Counted from the stretch's first letter, positions 19,317-28,247 are shown. The stretch: DNA of 44,094 nt from Vulcanimicrobiota bacterium (GCA_046732415.1 JBKPMZ010000058.1:1-44094); one strand, 5' to 3'. The notes: a model not told the origin generated them from the sequence alone. Translations and numbers: made by a program.

Positions 19317-20519
19317 GTGAAAAAGAATTTGCTGTTCATCCCGGGACCCGTGACGGTGTCCGAGCAGGTGCTCGCGGCGATGAGCAAGCCGCTGATCGAT
19401 CATCGCGGCCCGCAATTCGCCGCGCTCGTGCAGCGCATCGACGAAGGTCTTCGGCCAATTTTCGGAACGCGCGACGCCGACATCATGCTGCTTGGATCGT
19501 CCGGTACCGGCGGATTGGAAGCGGCGATCGCGAGCACATTTTCACCCGGCGACACCGTGCTGGCTGCGCCCGTCGGCGTGTTCGGACGGCGCCTGATTGC
19601 GATTGCGCAAACGTATGGCATCAACGTCGACGTACTCGATACGGATCTCGGTTTCGCGCTCGATCCCCAGGCCCTGGGGCAGCGGCTGCAAGCGGACACG
19701 CAGCGCCGGTACAAAGGCATTTTCCTGACGCACAACGAGACGTCGACCGGCGTGCAGAACGACATGGCCGCGATTTCTCCGATCGTGCGCGAGCATGGCG
19801 CGATCACCATTGTCGATTCCGTGAGCGGCATGGGCGCCACGGAATTCTTGATGGATGAGTGGGGATACGACGTCGTCATTTCCGCTTCGCAAAAAGTGTT
19901 TGCCGCACCGCCGGGTATGGCGATGGTCGCGGTCAGCCCACGCGCGTGGAAAGCGATGGAAGCGGCGAAAACGCCGCGCTTCTATTTTGATTTGATGAAA
20001 GCGCGGGAGTTCGCGCGCGTTGGCCAGACGCCGTGGACGCCGCCGGTATCGGTGTTATTCGCGCTGGATGCGGCGCTCGCGCATTATCATGCCGAAGGCG
20101 CGCAGCACGTGTGGCACCGTCACGCGATGTATGCGCAAGCGATTCGCGCGGCGTTCACTGCGTTGGGACTTGGCGTGTTTTCTCAGCCTGGCGCGCATTC
20201 CGTGACCGTCGTTGCCGGCAACGTGCCAAGCGGCGTCGAGGCGGCGACGCTGCTGCGCAAACTGCGCGAAGAGCGCGGCGTTTCGCTTTCGGGCGGCCAA
20301 CTCGAACTCAAAGGCAAAATCGTGCGCATGGGCACGATGGGCGACGTGTCGCAAACGGACGTGCTCGGCGCGCTGGGCGCGCTCGAAATGGCGCTGCTCG
20401 AGTACGACGTTCCGGTGCATGTCGGCGCGGGGGTGCAAGCCGCGCTGCGTGTCTTCTTGGATTTGGCGGGCGGCTCTAGACCCGATGCCGTCCAAACACC
20501 GGCTGCAGCACCGGTCTAG
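19317..20519 (+). CDS. class V aminotransferase (serine-pyruvate / alanine-glyoxylate aminotransferase-like)
   Basis: (GTG)KKNLLFIPGPVTVSEQVLAAM..IDHRGPQF.. and PLP-lysine region SASQKVFAAPPGMAMVAVS. Start re-picked at GTG 19317. Confidence 0.85.
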   Translation: MKKNLLFIPGPVTVSEQVLAAMSKPLIDHRGPQFAALVQRIDEGLRPIFGTRDADIMLLGSSGTGGLEAAIASTFSPGDTVLAAPVGVFGRRLIAIAQTYGINVDVLDTDLGFALDPQALGQRLQADTQRRYKGIFLTHNETSTGVQNDMAAISPIVREHGAITIVDSVSGMGATEFLMDEWGYDVVISASQKVFAAPPGMAMVAVSPRAWKAMEAAKTPRFYFDLMKAREFARVGQTPWTPPVSVLFALDAALAHYHAEGAQHVWHRHAMYAQAIRAAFTALGLGVFSQPGAHSVTVVAGNVPSGVEAATLLRKLREERGVSLSGGQLELKGKIVRMGTMGDVSQTDVLGALGALEMALLEYDVPVHVGAGVQAALRVFLDLAGGSRPDAVQTPAAAPV

Positions 20520-21012
20520 CAAACGCGGGCAGCGTTCCGAGTATCGCATCATCCACGCGCGCGTTGGGCTGCGTGATGATCTGCGCGAGCACAGACCGAT
20601 GCAAGTCGGCGCGGATGTCGCGCGTAAGCGGAAAAAACAGCGCGATGTACAGCACCACCCATACCGCGGCGGCACCTTTCAGTAATCCCACCGCTCCGCC
20701 GGCCAGCGCATTGCCCAGGCCCAGAATCGGTAATTTTGAAACGATGTTTACCGCGCGCGCGAGCAGCATGATCGCGATGTACGTGAGCACGCCCACCGCG
20801 AACATGCCGACGATGTGCGCCGAACCCGCACTTAAATGCGCCCACTTCTGCAGTGGCGCGTCGAACACGCCGCCGTAAAACCACGGCGTAATGAACGAGA
20901 GCAGCAACGCGATGGCGCCCGCCAACTCCATGATGAATCCGCGCTTGTACCCTTTGAGTAGTGCGATCAGGAGTATCGCGCCGATGACGATGTCCGGCCA
21001 GACCAAATGCAC
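20476..21012 (-). CDS. cvpA: CvpA family membrane protein
   Basis: N-terminus MHLVWPDIVIGAILLIALLKGYKRGFIMEL and four hydrophobic segments. It starts 2 nt after the pheT stop. Confidence 0.75.
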   Translation of the reverse strand: MHLVWPDIVIGAILLIALLKGYKRGFIMELAGAIALLLSFITPWFYGGVFDAPLQKWAHLSAGSAHIVGMFAVGVLTYIAIMLLARAVNIVSKLPILGLGNALAGGAVGLLKGAAAVWVVLYIALFFPLTRDIRADLHRSVLAQIITQPNARVDDAILGTLPAFARPVLQPVFGRHRV

Positions 21013-21014
21013 GG

Positions 21015-23372
21015 CTACGTGCGCATCGCGACGCCGAGTCGATCTTGCAGCGCGCGCAAGGCGAGGTCGATTGCGGCGTCCGCTTCGTCGTCGGTAATCG
21101 TGCTGTCGCGCTTACGCAGCGTTACCCTGACCGCCAAACTCTTCTTATCCGACGCGATCTGCGAGCCGCGGTATTCATCGAACGTCCGAACGCCGGTACA
21201 CAGTTCACCGATGGCGGTCGCGATGACGCTTTCCACGCTTGCGGCCGGCAAATCGAGATCGCACAGCAGCGCGAGATCGCGGTACGTGGACGGATATTTC
21301 GAGGGCGGCCGATAGAACTCCGTACGGTATTCGGGGACGTTTTCCAAATAAATGCCGCACGCATAGACCGGCAGCCGCACGTCGAACGCGGTGGTAATGC
21401 GCGGATCGGTTTGGCCCATGAACGCGATCTCGCGCCCGTCGAGCAGAATAGCCGCCGTCTTGCCCGGATGTAAGCCGTTTCGCTTGTCTGCCGTGAATTC
21501 GAAGTCGCGCCGGCCGGTGAGCGCGTGCAGCAGCGCCTCGACATCGCCTTTCAGGCGCAGGAAATGCGAATCGCGGTGCGCCGGCTCATCCAACGGCTGA
21601 GCGCTGAAGGTAAACGCGACCATCGGCAGTTCGAGCGGTTCCCCGTTTTCGAGATAGAAGATATGCCCGAGTTCGAAAATTTTCATCGGAGCATCGACGC
21701 GCGCCAAGTATTCCAAATGCGCGCTGCCCAACGCGAAGCGCAGGTAGCGCTGATCTTCCGAGAGCGGGTTGAGCACCTCGACCGGCGGAAACGTTGGAAT
21801 CGTCGCGCCGCGCGCGAGCCGATCGAACACTTGCGCGCCGTGCAGCGCGTACGTCATGATCTCGTGATAGCCCAGCGCGCTGAGCGCGTGCGCGATGCGC
21901 TCCTCGAGCTCGTACGCGTTGCTGCGAATGTAGTGCTGCGCCACCGCGGGAATCTGCGCTTCGATGCGCTCGTAACCGGCCATTCGCGCAATTTCCTCGA
22001 CAACGTCGGCGGAAATGGCGACGTCGCGCCGCCACGGCGGCGGCGTAACGGCGAGCGTTGTTTCATCTGCGCTCGCGACGGTGAAGCCCAAGCGGTCGAG
22101 ATACTCGCGTATCTGCTCGGCGGTCAATTCGAATCCGAGTAAGCGTTTGACGTCACGTATCGGAAAAGCAATCGGAGTTGGCTCATCCTGCGAGCCCTCT
22201 ACGACCAGCGGTCCGGCTGCGGCGCCCGAAGCGACGAGCAATTCGGCAGCGCGCCGCGCGCCGCTTAGCGCAAGCGTCGTGGGCAGCGACTTCTCGTGAC
22301 GCGAACTTGCCTCGGACCGAAATCCGTGACGCGCGCTCATGCGCCGCACGCGCGCACCCGTGAAGATTGCCGCTTCAAGCAGAATACCCGTTGTCGTTTC
22401 GGTCACTTCGCTGCGAGCGCCGCCCATGAGTCCGGCAAAGCCTTCCGGGCCGTGTTCGCTCGCAATCACGAGATCTTTTTGCGAGAGTTCGTGCTGCGCG
22501 CCGTCGAGCGTCATCAATTGTTCACCGGCGCGGCCGTCGCGCACGATGAGCTGTTTATCCGCGATCTTCGCGGCGTCGTAGAAATGCGTGGGCTGCCCGG
22601 TTTCGAGCATCACATAGTTCGAGATGTCTACCAGGTTATTGATTGGGCGCTGACCCGCGAGCGCCAAACGAATGCGCATCCATAAAGGGGACGGCCCGAC
22701 GCGCACGTCGCCGAACTCTTGCAGCGCGAAGAATGTGCAATCCGGTGATTGCACGCTAACGCGTGCCGTTGATTGCAATGTGACGGGCACGTCGCGCGCC
22801 GGCGGCACGCGCAGAGTAACGCCCTGATACGCCGCCAGCTCGCGCGCCAACCCGATCATCGACATCGCGTCGACGCGGTTACTCGTAATGTCTACGTCGA
22901 GCACCGCCTCGCTCAGGCGAAAATACTCGACGACGTCGGTGCCCGGCTCGATATCGGGTTCGAGTTGCATGATGCCGTCTTCGAACCACTCCGGCGGCAG
23001 CGCCAGCTCGTCCGCCGAGACCATCATGCCTTCGGATTCCAGGCCGCGCATTTTGCGTCGCTCGATTTTGAGGTGCGGCAGCTGCGCGCCGATGACGGCC
23101 ACGGGAATCGTTTGGCCTTGCGCGACGTTTGTTGCCGCTGTCGCGATCGTCAACAGCGAACCGTTGCCGACGGAAATCTTTCCGACTTGCAGACGATCGG
23201 CGTTCGGATGCTTTTCCAGTTGCTTGATGCGCCCGACGACAACGCCCGTAACGACGGGGCGCTCTTCCACCGCATCGACGGGAAAGCCAATCTGCGCGAG
23301 CATCTCCGCAACTTTTTGCGGGCTCGACGGCAAATCGACGTACTCACGCAACCATGCTAGGGGGACGCGCAT
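21015..23372 (-). CDS. pheT: phenylalanine--tRNA ligase beta subunit
   Basis: 785 aa. N-terminus MRVPLAWLREYVDL.. with a tRNA-binding domain (KHPNADRL), then B3/4 and B5 regions and a C-terminal anticodon-binding region. Confidence 0.95.
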   Translation of the reverse strand: MRVPLAWLREYVDLPSSPQKVAEMLAQIGFPVDAVEERPVVTGVVVGRIKQLEKHPNADRLQVGKISVGNGSLLTIATAATNVAQGQTIPVAVIGAQLPHLKIERRKMRGLESEGMMVSADELALPPEWFEDGIMQLEPDIEPGTDVVEYFRLSEAVLDVDITSNRVDAMSMIGLARELAAYQGVTLRVPPARDVPVTLQSTARVSVQSPDCTFFALQEFGDVRVGPSPLWMRIRLALAGQRPINNLVDISNYVMLETGQPTHFYDAAKIADKQLIVRDGRAGEQLMTLDGAQHELSQKDLVIASEHGPEGFAGLMGGARSEVTETTTGILLEAAIFTGARVRRMSARHGFRSEASSRHEKSLPTTLALSGARRAAELLVASGAAAGPLVVEGSQDEPTPIAFPIRDVKRLLGFELTAEQIREYLDRLGFTVASADETTLAVTPPPWRRDVAISADVVEEIARMAGYERIEAQIPAVAQHYIRSNAYELEERIAHALSALGYHEIMTYALHGAQVFDRLARGATIPTFPPVEVLNPLSEDQRYLRFALGSAHLEYLARVDAPMKIFELGHIFYLENGEPLELPMVAFTFSAQPLDEPAHRDSHFLRLKGDVEALLHALTGRRDFEFTADKRNGLHPGKTAAILLDGREIAFMGQTDPRITTAFDVRLPVYACGIYLENVPEYRTEFYRPPSKYPSTYRDLALLCDLDLPAASVESVIATAIGELCTGVRTFDEYRGSQIASDKKSLAVRVTLRKRDSTITDDEADAAIDLALRALQDRLGVAMRT

Positions 23373-23559
23373 TAACTAAAACCTACCTTTGCGGCGCCCT
23401 CGGGGAGCGCTCGAGTTAGCAATGACATTGAGGCGCCATGAGGTTTGGGGGCCCCACGCAGTGGGGGGCGCGCAGGCTGGGCCGAAGCGCCTTCAAGTGG
23501 AGGGCAAAGTTGCGAGCGGTTTTCGGACGGAGCGTTGACCGGGCGAACAAGGCAGAGAG

Positions 23560-24603
23560 TCATGCTAGTTGATACAAGAAGTCGGGATCGTTTTCGTAAA
23601 AGCGGCGAATGTCGTCGATGTCGTATCGCACCAGCGCCATGCGTTCGATACCGAAACCGAACGCCCACCCCGAATACACCGCCGGATCGTACTCCATGTT
23701 GCGCAGCACGTTCGGATGCACCATGCCGGAGCCGCCGAGTTCGATCCAACCCGATCCGCCGCACATACGGCACTGCGAGTCGTCGGCGCTCACGCCTTCT
23801 CCGCGACACAATGGACACGTCGTGTCCACTTCCGCGCTGGGCTCGGTGAACGGAAAGAACGACGGACGAAACCGTACTTGCTGCTCGGGACCGAACAGTT
23901 CGCGGCACATACCGGTCAGCATACCTTTGAGGTGCGCCATGGTCACGTCTTCGCCGACGAGCAATCCTTCGAGCTGATGAAATTGAAAGAGATGCCGCGC
24001 GTCGACCGCGTCGCGACGGTAACACTTGCCGGGCGTCACGATGGCCACCGGCGGCCGATGCTGCTGCATCGTGCGGATCTGCATCGGCGAGGTATGCGGG
24101 CGCAGCAGCAGCGTATCGGTCAGGAAGAAGGAATCGAATCCTTCGCGTGCGGGGTGATCGGCCGGAATGTTGAGCGCATCGAAGTTGTAGTATTCGGGCT
24201 CGATTTCCGGGCCGAGTACGACGGCGAAACCGTGCTGCTGAAAGTACCGGCACGCATCTTCGAGCACGCGCCGCACCGGATGGATCGAACCGGTTTGCGG
24301 CTCGATTGCCGGAAACGTGACGTCGATGCGCTGCGAGAGCTGCGCTTCGAATTTGCGTGATTCGAGTGTTGCTTGCGCTTGAGCGAGCGCTGCCTCCATT
24401 TGCGCAACCGCCTCGTTGATGATCTTTCCGGCGGTTGGCCGCTCATCGGCGGCAAGTTGCCCGATGCCGCGGCGCAGCGCGGTGATCTCGCCGCTGCGTC
24501 CCAAAAAGCGCACGCGCAACGCGTCGAGCGCGGTTTCATCGCCTGCGGCGGAGAGCGCTGCGTCAAACCGCGCGCGCAGTTCGGTAAGTTGATCGGATAA
24601 CAT
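23560..24603 (-). CDS. pheS: phenylalanine--tRNA ligase alpha subunit
   Basis: Class II aaRS motifs (..FRPSFFPFTEPS.., ..GSGMVHPNVL.., ..GWAFGFGIERMA..). ATG 24603 (MLSDQLTELRARF..) aligns better with PheS N-termini than the track start at 24639. Confidence 0.93.
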   Translation of the reverse strand: MLSDQLTELRARFDAALSAAGDETALDALRVRFLGRSGEITALRRGIGQLAADERPTAGKIINEAVAQMEAALAQAQATLESRKFEAQLSQRIDVTFPAIEPQTGSIHPVRRVLEDACRYFQQHGFAVVLGPEIEPEYYNFDALNIPADHPAREGFDSFFLTDTLLLRPHTSPMQIRTMQQHRPPVAIVTPGKCYRRDAVDARHLFQFHQLEGLLVGEDVTMAHLKGMLTGMCRELFGPEQQVRFRPSFFPFTEPSAEVDTTCPLCRGEGVSADDSQCRMCGGSGWIELGGSGMVHPNVLRNMEYDPAVYSGWAFGFGIERMALVRYDIDDIRRFYENDPDFLYQLA

Positions 24604-24604
24604 A

Positions 24605-24631
24605 AAGCGCCCGGAGATATTCCGGGCGCTT
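24605..24631 (-). promoter_or_regulatory. 11-bp GC-rich stem-loop abutting the pheS start codon (candidate attenuator or sequestering hairpin)
   Basis: AAGCGCCCGGA-AUAUC-UCCGGGCGCUU is followed by UAUG, the pheS start. No SD is visible between the hairpin and the ATG. Confidence 0.5.
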
Positions 24632-24820
24632 ATCGACATTCTTCTTCGTGGGCGGTCAGGTAGCTGGAGCCGGGCTGGGATGCAACTGCCGGTATATCAA
24701 ATAGGCGCTGATCGATCCCGTGTCTTTGAAGAGTTTCCAGAAGAATTCGGAGGTCGCCATTGGGTCCGCGTGTCTCCTTCTCTATGACGTTTGGCTCTGC
24801 ACGCCCGTGCGAATGGATGC

Positions 24821-24829
24821 AGTATAGCA
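24821..24829 (-). promoter_or_regulatory. candidate extended -10 promoter of the pheS leader
   Basis: Minus strand reads TGCTATACT (TGn plus TATACT). There is no good -35. It lies about 215 nt upstream of the pheS ATG. Confidence 0.35.
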
Positions 24830-24909
24830 TGCGACTTTTCCACAGGGTAGTCTTGACTTTTTGCCCCGGGAACGCTGCCTTGACAAGCCGATAAAAAAGG
24901 GTTTTCCGC

Positions 24910-25683
24910 TCAAGCGTGACGGTGCTTGGTCGCTTCGTAGAGCGCGATCGAGCCCGCCACGGCGGCGTTGAGACTCTCGGCGTTTCCGCTCATCGGAATG
25001 GCCGCCTGGCGCGTGCACAGGGCTTGCCAACGTCCAAGTCCATGGCGCTCGTTGCCGACCGCCAGCACGGCGCCCGTGGCCCATTCCAGGCCTTCCAGCG
25101 GCTCGCCGGCCGCGGCCAGGCCCGTCACTTGGCGGCCGCGCAGGTGCGGAGCGGCGGCTTCCGGGTCCGCCGTGGCAATGGGCAGCCGGAAGACCGCCCC
25201 CATGGCCGCGCGCACCACCTTCGGCAGGTGCGGCTCGGCGCCGAGCGTTCCGGCGATGACGCCGCGGACTCCAAAAGCCTCTGCTGTTCGCAAAAGCGTC
25301 CCGGCGTTGCCAGGGTCGTTCACATCGGCCAGCAGCAGCACCACGCCGTCTGCGCCGAGGACGCTTTCGATCGACGCTAGCCGTACCGGTGCCACCACGA
25401 CGATGCCCGCCGGCGTCTCGACGTCGGAAAGGCGTTTCATCGCGCGGTCGTCGACCAGGTAGACCGGAACACCGTCTGCATCGAGCTGCTGCGCCAGCGG
25501 CGTACGTTCGTACGCGTCGCGCGTTACGTACAGCGTTTCAATCGGCACGCCGGCGCGGTGCGCTTCTTCGAGCAGCGTTACGCCTTCGAACGAATAACGG
25601 CCGTGCTGTTTTCGGCCCTTCTTCGTGAGAAGATCGCGCGCGGCGTCTATGCGCGCGTTATGCGCGCCGAGAGACGTAGGCAC
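24910..25683 (-). CDS. TrmH/SpoU family RNA 2'-O-methyltransferase
   Basis: N-terminal L30e-like substrate-binding region (..FEGVTLLEEA..) and the C-terminal SpoU motif ..IPMSGNAESLNAAVAGSIALYE. Confidence 0.85.
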   Translation of the reverse strand: MPTSLGAHNARIDAARDLLTKKGRKQHGRYSFEGVTLLEEAHRAGVPIETLYVTRDAYERTPLAQQLDADGVPVYLVDDRAMKRLSDVETPAGIVVVAPVRLASIESVLGADGVVLLLADVNDPGNAGTLLRTAEAFGVRGVIAGTLGAEPHLPKVVRAAMGAVFRLPIATADPEAAAPHLRGRQVTGLAAAGEPLEGLEWATGAVLAVGNERHGLGRWQALCTRQAAIPMSGNAESLNAAVAGSIALYEATKHRHA

Positions 25684-25858
25684 GCAGCAAAATCATCGCG
25701 AGGCCGGAAACGATACCGGAGATCATGACGGCGATGCGATCGTTGAAGTGGTGCGGCACCACGAATTTGAGCAGCAGTACGGTGATGACGATAAAGATCA
25801 CCAGCCACAGCAGCAGCCAAAATAGTTCCTGGCCAATCGAGGATCGCGAACGTTGCAC
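25658..25858 (-). CDS. small hypothetical membrane protein (two predicted TM helices)
   Basis: ..ELFWLLLWLVIFIVITVLLLKF.. and ..IAVMISGIVSGLAMILL... The start is uncertain (GTG 25858 or upstream). It overlaps the methyltransferase start by 26 nt. Confidence 0.4.
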   Translation of the reverse strand: MQRSRSSIGQELFWLLLWLVIFIVITVLLLKFVVPHHFNDRIAVMISGIVSGLAMILLRAYVSRRA

Positions 25859-25906
25859 GGTTGCTTCTACGAGGCCCGCACACGGTATTCCGTTAATCTT
25901 GGCGCC

Positions 25907-26443
25907 ATGAACGATCAACCGCGCCTCCTGGAATCGCAGGAACTCTATCGCGGCCGCGTATTCCGTCTACGCAAGGACACGGTCGAGGATAGCGAGGGAC
26001 GCCGCCATCAACTCGACATCGTCGAACACCCCGGGTCGTATGCCATCGCCGCGCTGCCTGCGGCCGACCGCCTGGTGCTCGTGCGTCAATACCGGCATGC
26101 GGCAAAGCAGGCGCTCTGGGAAATACCGGCCGGAACGGCCGAAGCGGATGAATCGTGCGAAGACGGCGCACTGCGCGAGCTGCGCGAGGAAACCGGCTAT
26201 ACGGCTGATTCGTTGGACCTACTATGCTCGGTGTATCCGACGCCGGGGTATTGCACCGAGCGCGTGCGCATCTACGCGGCGCGCGGTTTGCATGCCGGGC
26301 CGCAGCAACTGGAAGACGACGAGCGCATCGACGTGCGCGAAGTCACGTTTGCCGAGGCGTTAAGCATGCAAGCAAGCGGCGAGATCATCGACATGAAAAC
26401 GGTGCTGGCGCTTCTCTGGTTTACGGGCGGCCATATAAATTAG
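25907..26443 (+). CDS. NUDIX hydrolase (ADP-ribose pyrophosphatase-like)
   Basis: Nudix box ..GTAEADESCEDGALRELREETGY.. with N-terminal ..ELYRGRVFRLRKDTV... Start re-picked at ATG 25907. Confidence 0.85.
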   Translation: MNDQPRLLESQELYRGRVFRLRKDTVEDSEGRRHQLDIVEHPGSYAIAALPAADRLVLVRQYRHAAKQALWEIPAGTAEADESCEDGALRELREETGYTADSLDLLCSVYPTPGYCTERVRIYAARGLHAGPQQLEDDERIDVREVTFAEALSMQASGEIIDMKTVLALLWFTGGHIN

Positions 26444-26541
26444 TTTTTTTAAGAGTCGATAATCCATCTACGAAGCTGCCACGGAATGCGCTATTGTAGC
26501 GTTTAGTGACTGTGGCGTTTCGCCATGGAGGTAAGTAGCGC

Positions 26542-26817
26542 GTGGATACCCCGCGGGATATAAATGCGGTTTTAAAATATTTGCTCAGCGATGGCAAGGA
26601 AGCCGGAGTACCGTCCGTGTTGGCACCTGAGGATGAAGCCTACCTAAACAAGCTCATTGCTGCGGTGCGCGCGGGCAAACGTGCCGTGTTGATCGTCGAA
26701 GATTCCGACGACAAGCTGAAATACATGTTCAGTAATGCTTCACGCGCGGAAGCCGTAAGCATGCTGGGCAAAGTTATCGAAGCAACGGGCCGCCGTTTAG
26801 CGAACGGCGACGACTAA
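26542..26817 (+). CDS. small hypothetical protein
   Basis: GTG start 10 nt after GGAGG. 91 aa with no family recognised. It sits in a stretch that is visibly more A/T-rich than its neighbours. Confidence 0.45.
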   Translation: MDTPRDINAVLKYLLSDGKEAGVPSVLAPEDEAYLNKLIAAVRAGKRAVLIVEDSDDKLKYMFSNASRAEAVSMLGKVIEATGRRLANGDD

Positions 26818-28247
26818 CCGTACGGCTGCAAAAACAGCCCGTCGATCTTTCCGTCCGGCGTCATCACGAAGTTATAGCGATATGCGCCGTGCCGGAATTT
26901 AACGTCGAACACGTACACCGTATTTCCTGACCGCTGGTAGCTTTCGATCGGAACGAGCGAAAGCACCGGCCCCAAAGAACCGACATCAGCTCGGTGTACG
27001 ACCTGATCGCTTAAGTATTGGCTGAACGCGCCCGTGAGCTGCGTGCGGTCGATGTCCAAACGCGCCAGCCGGCCGAGCCATTCGCTCGCGCGTGTCGTGA
27101 TGAGATTGCCGAAATGCGCGGGCGGCAGCGGCGCGATAATATCCAGAATGCGGTTGGCCAGCCGCTCCGGCTGCACCGTGGTTTCTCCACTGCTCGAATC
27201 CGCGTTCGCCAGCACGATCACCGCCAAATGCATGTCGGGAAGCAGCGCGTTTACCGCGCGAAAACCGCCTACCTCACCGTCTTGCCAGAAGTATCGCTGA
27301 CCGCCGCGCTGATCGACGACCCAGCCCATTCCGTACGGTACCGCGCCGGGAAGCCCGCTCGGCGTCCACATCTCGCGAACCGAATCGACATTGAGCAGCA
27401 GCGGCAAGCCGATGTCCCACTTTGCAAGGTCTTGCACCGTCGTCACCAGGTCGCTGTTGCCAAGCAGCCAGGACGCATCCCACGGACGAACGCGCACAAA
27501 CTTTCCGCGCGATCGCGTGTAGCCGAGCGCGTGCTGCGCCGAGATGCCTTGATCGCCCGCGACGAAACTCGAGGTCATGATCAGCGGCTGAAAGATCTGC
27601 GTCGAGTAGAAACTCGAGAGCGGAATACCGCTCACGCGCTGCACTACCAAACCGGCGACGAAATAGTTGAAGTTGTTGTCGTCGAACGCGGTCCCGGACG
27701 CGAAGAGCGGCGGTAAAGCGTTCGCGGCTTTCAACAAATCAGCGATCTTCACCGGATGCGTGAGGTCGTGCGGAATTCCGCTCGCATCCCGCGCGTGCGG
27801 CAGACCCGAGGTTTGCAAGAGCAATTGGCGCAGCGTGGTATTGCGCGCGATGGTTAGTTCTGGAACGTATTTGGTGACCTTGTCGTCGAGCGACAATTTC
27901 TTTTGCTGCGCGAGCAACAGCACGCAAGCGGCGGTGAACTGCCGGCTGAGCGAACCCGCGTAAAACTCGGTGCTCGCACTCGCGAGCCGCTTCGGCTGCA
28001 GGCTCGCATAGCCGAAGCCACGCGCGTACACGAGTAAACCGTCCTCGACCACGCCGACGGCGATTCCCGGCGTGCTTCCCGAATGCACTTCCGCGCGAGC
28101 CGCGGCGTCAATCGCATGCGCCGCGGTATCAGAGAACGGCGGTGCCGTCGGCGGCGTTTGGGGCGGTGTAGGCGCCGCTTGCTGCGCCGATGCATGCGAG
28201 CCCAGCAGAAGAGCGGCAGCAATGAACCAGGCGAGCGCGATTCGCAT
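26814..28247 (-). CDS. beta-lactamase-fold serine hydrolase (secreted)
   Basis: Start re-picked at ATG 28247 (MRIALAWFIAAALLLGSHASAQQ signal peptide). It has the family's typical SxxK-type region (..AGSLSRQF..) and a C-terminal extra domain. Confidence 0.85.
   Translation of the reverse strand: MRIALAWFIAAALLLGSHASAQQAAPTPPQTPPTAPPFSDTAAHAIDAAARAEVHSGSTPGIAVGVVEDGLLVYARGFGYASLQPKRLASASTEFYAGSLSRQFTAACVLLLAQQKKLSLDDKVTKYVPELTIARNTTLRQLLLQTSGLPHARDASGIPHDLTHPVKIADLLKAANALPPLFASGTAFDDNNFNYFVAGLVVQRVSGIPLSSFYSTQIFQPLIMTSSFVAGDQGISAQHALGYTRSRGKFVRVRPWDASWLLGNSDLVTTVQDLAKWDIGLPLLLNVDSVREMWTPSGLPGAVPYGMGWVVDQRGGQRYFWQDGEVGGFRAVNALLPDMHLAVIVLANADSSSGETTVQPERLANRILDIIAPLPPAHFGNLITTRASEWLGRLARLDIDRTQLTGAFSQYLSDQVVHRADVGSLGPVLSLVPIESYQRSGNTVYVFDVKFRHGAYRYNFVMTPDGKIDGLFLQPYG

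Noticed and set aside
24604-24830. Conventional T-box riboswitch upstream of pheS
   Set aside because: The gene context suggests one. I could not find the conserved T-box core (GGUGGNACCGCG-like) or an antiterminator bulge on the sense (minus) strand. The only vaguely similar string (GTGGGCGGTCAGG) is on the wrong strand. I kept the region as an unclassified leader in the findings.
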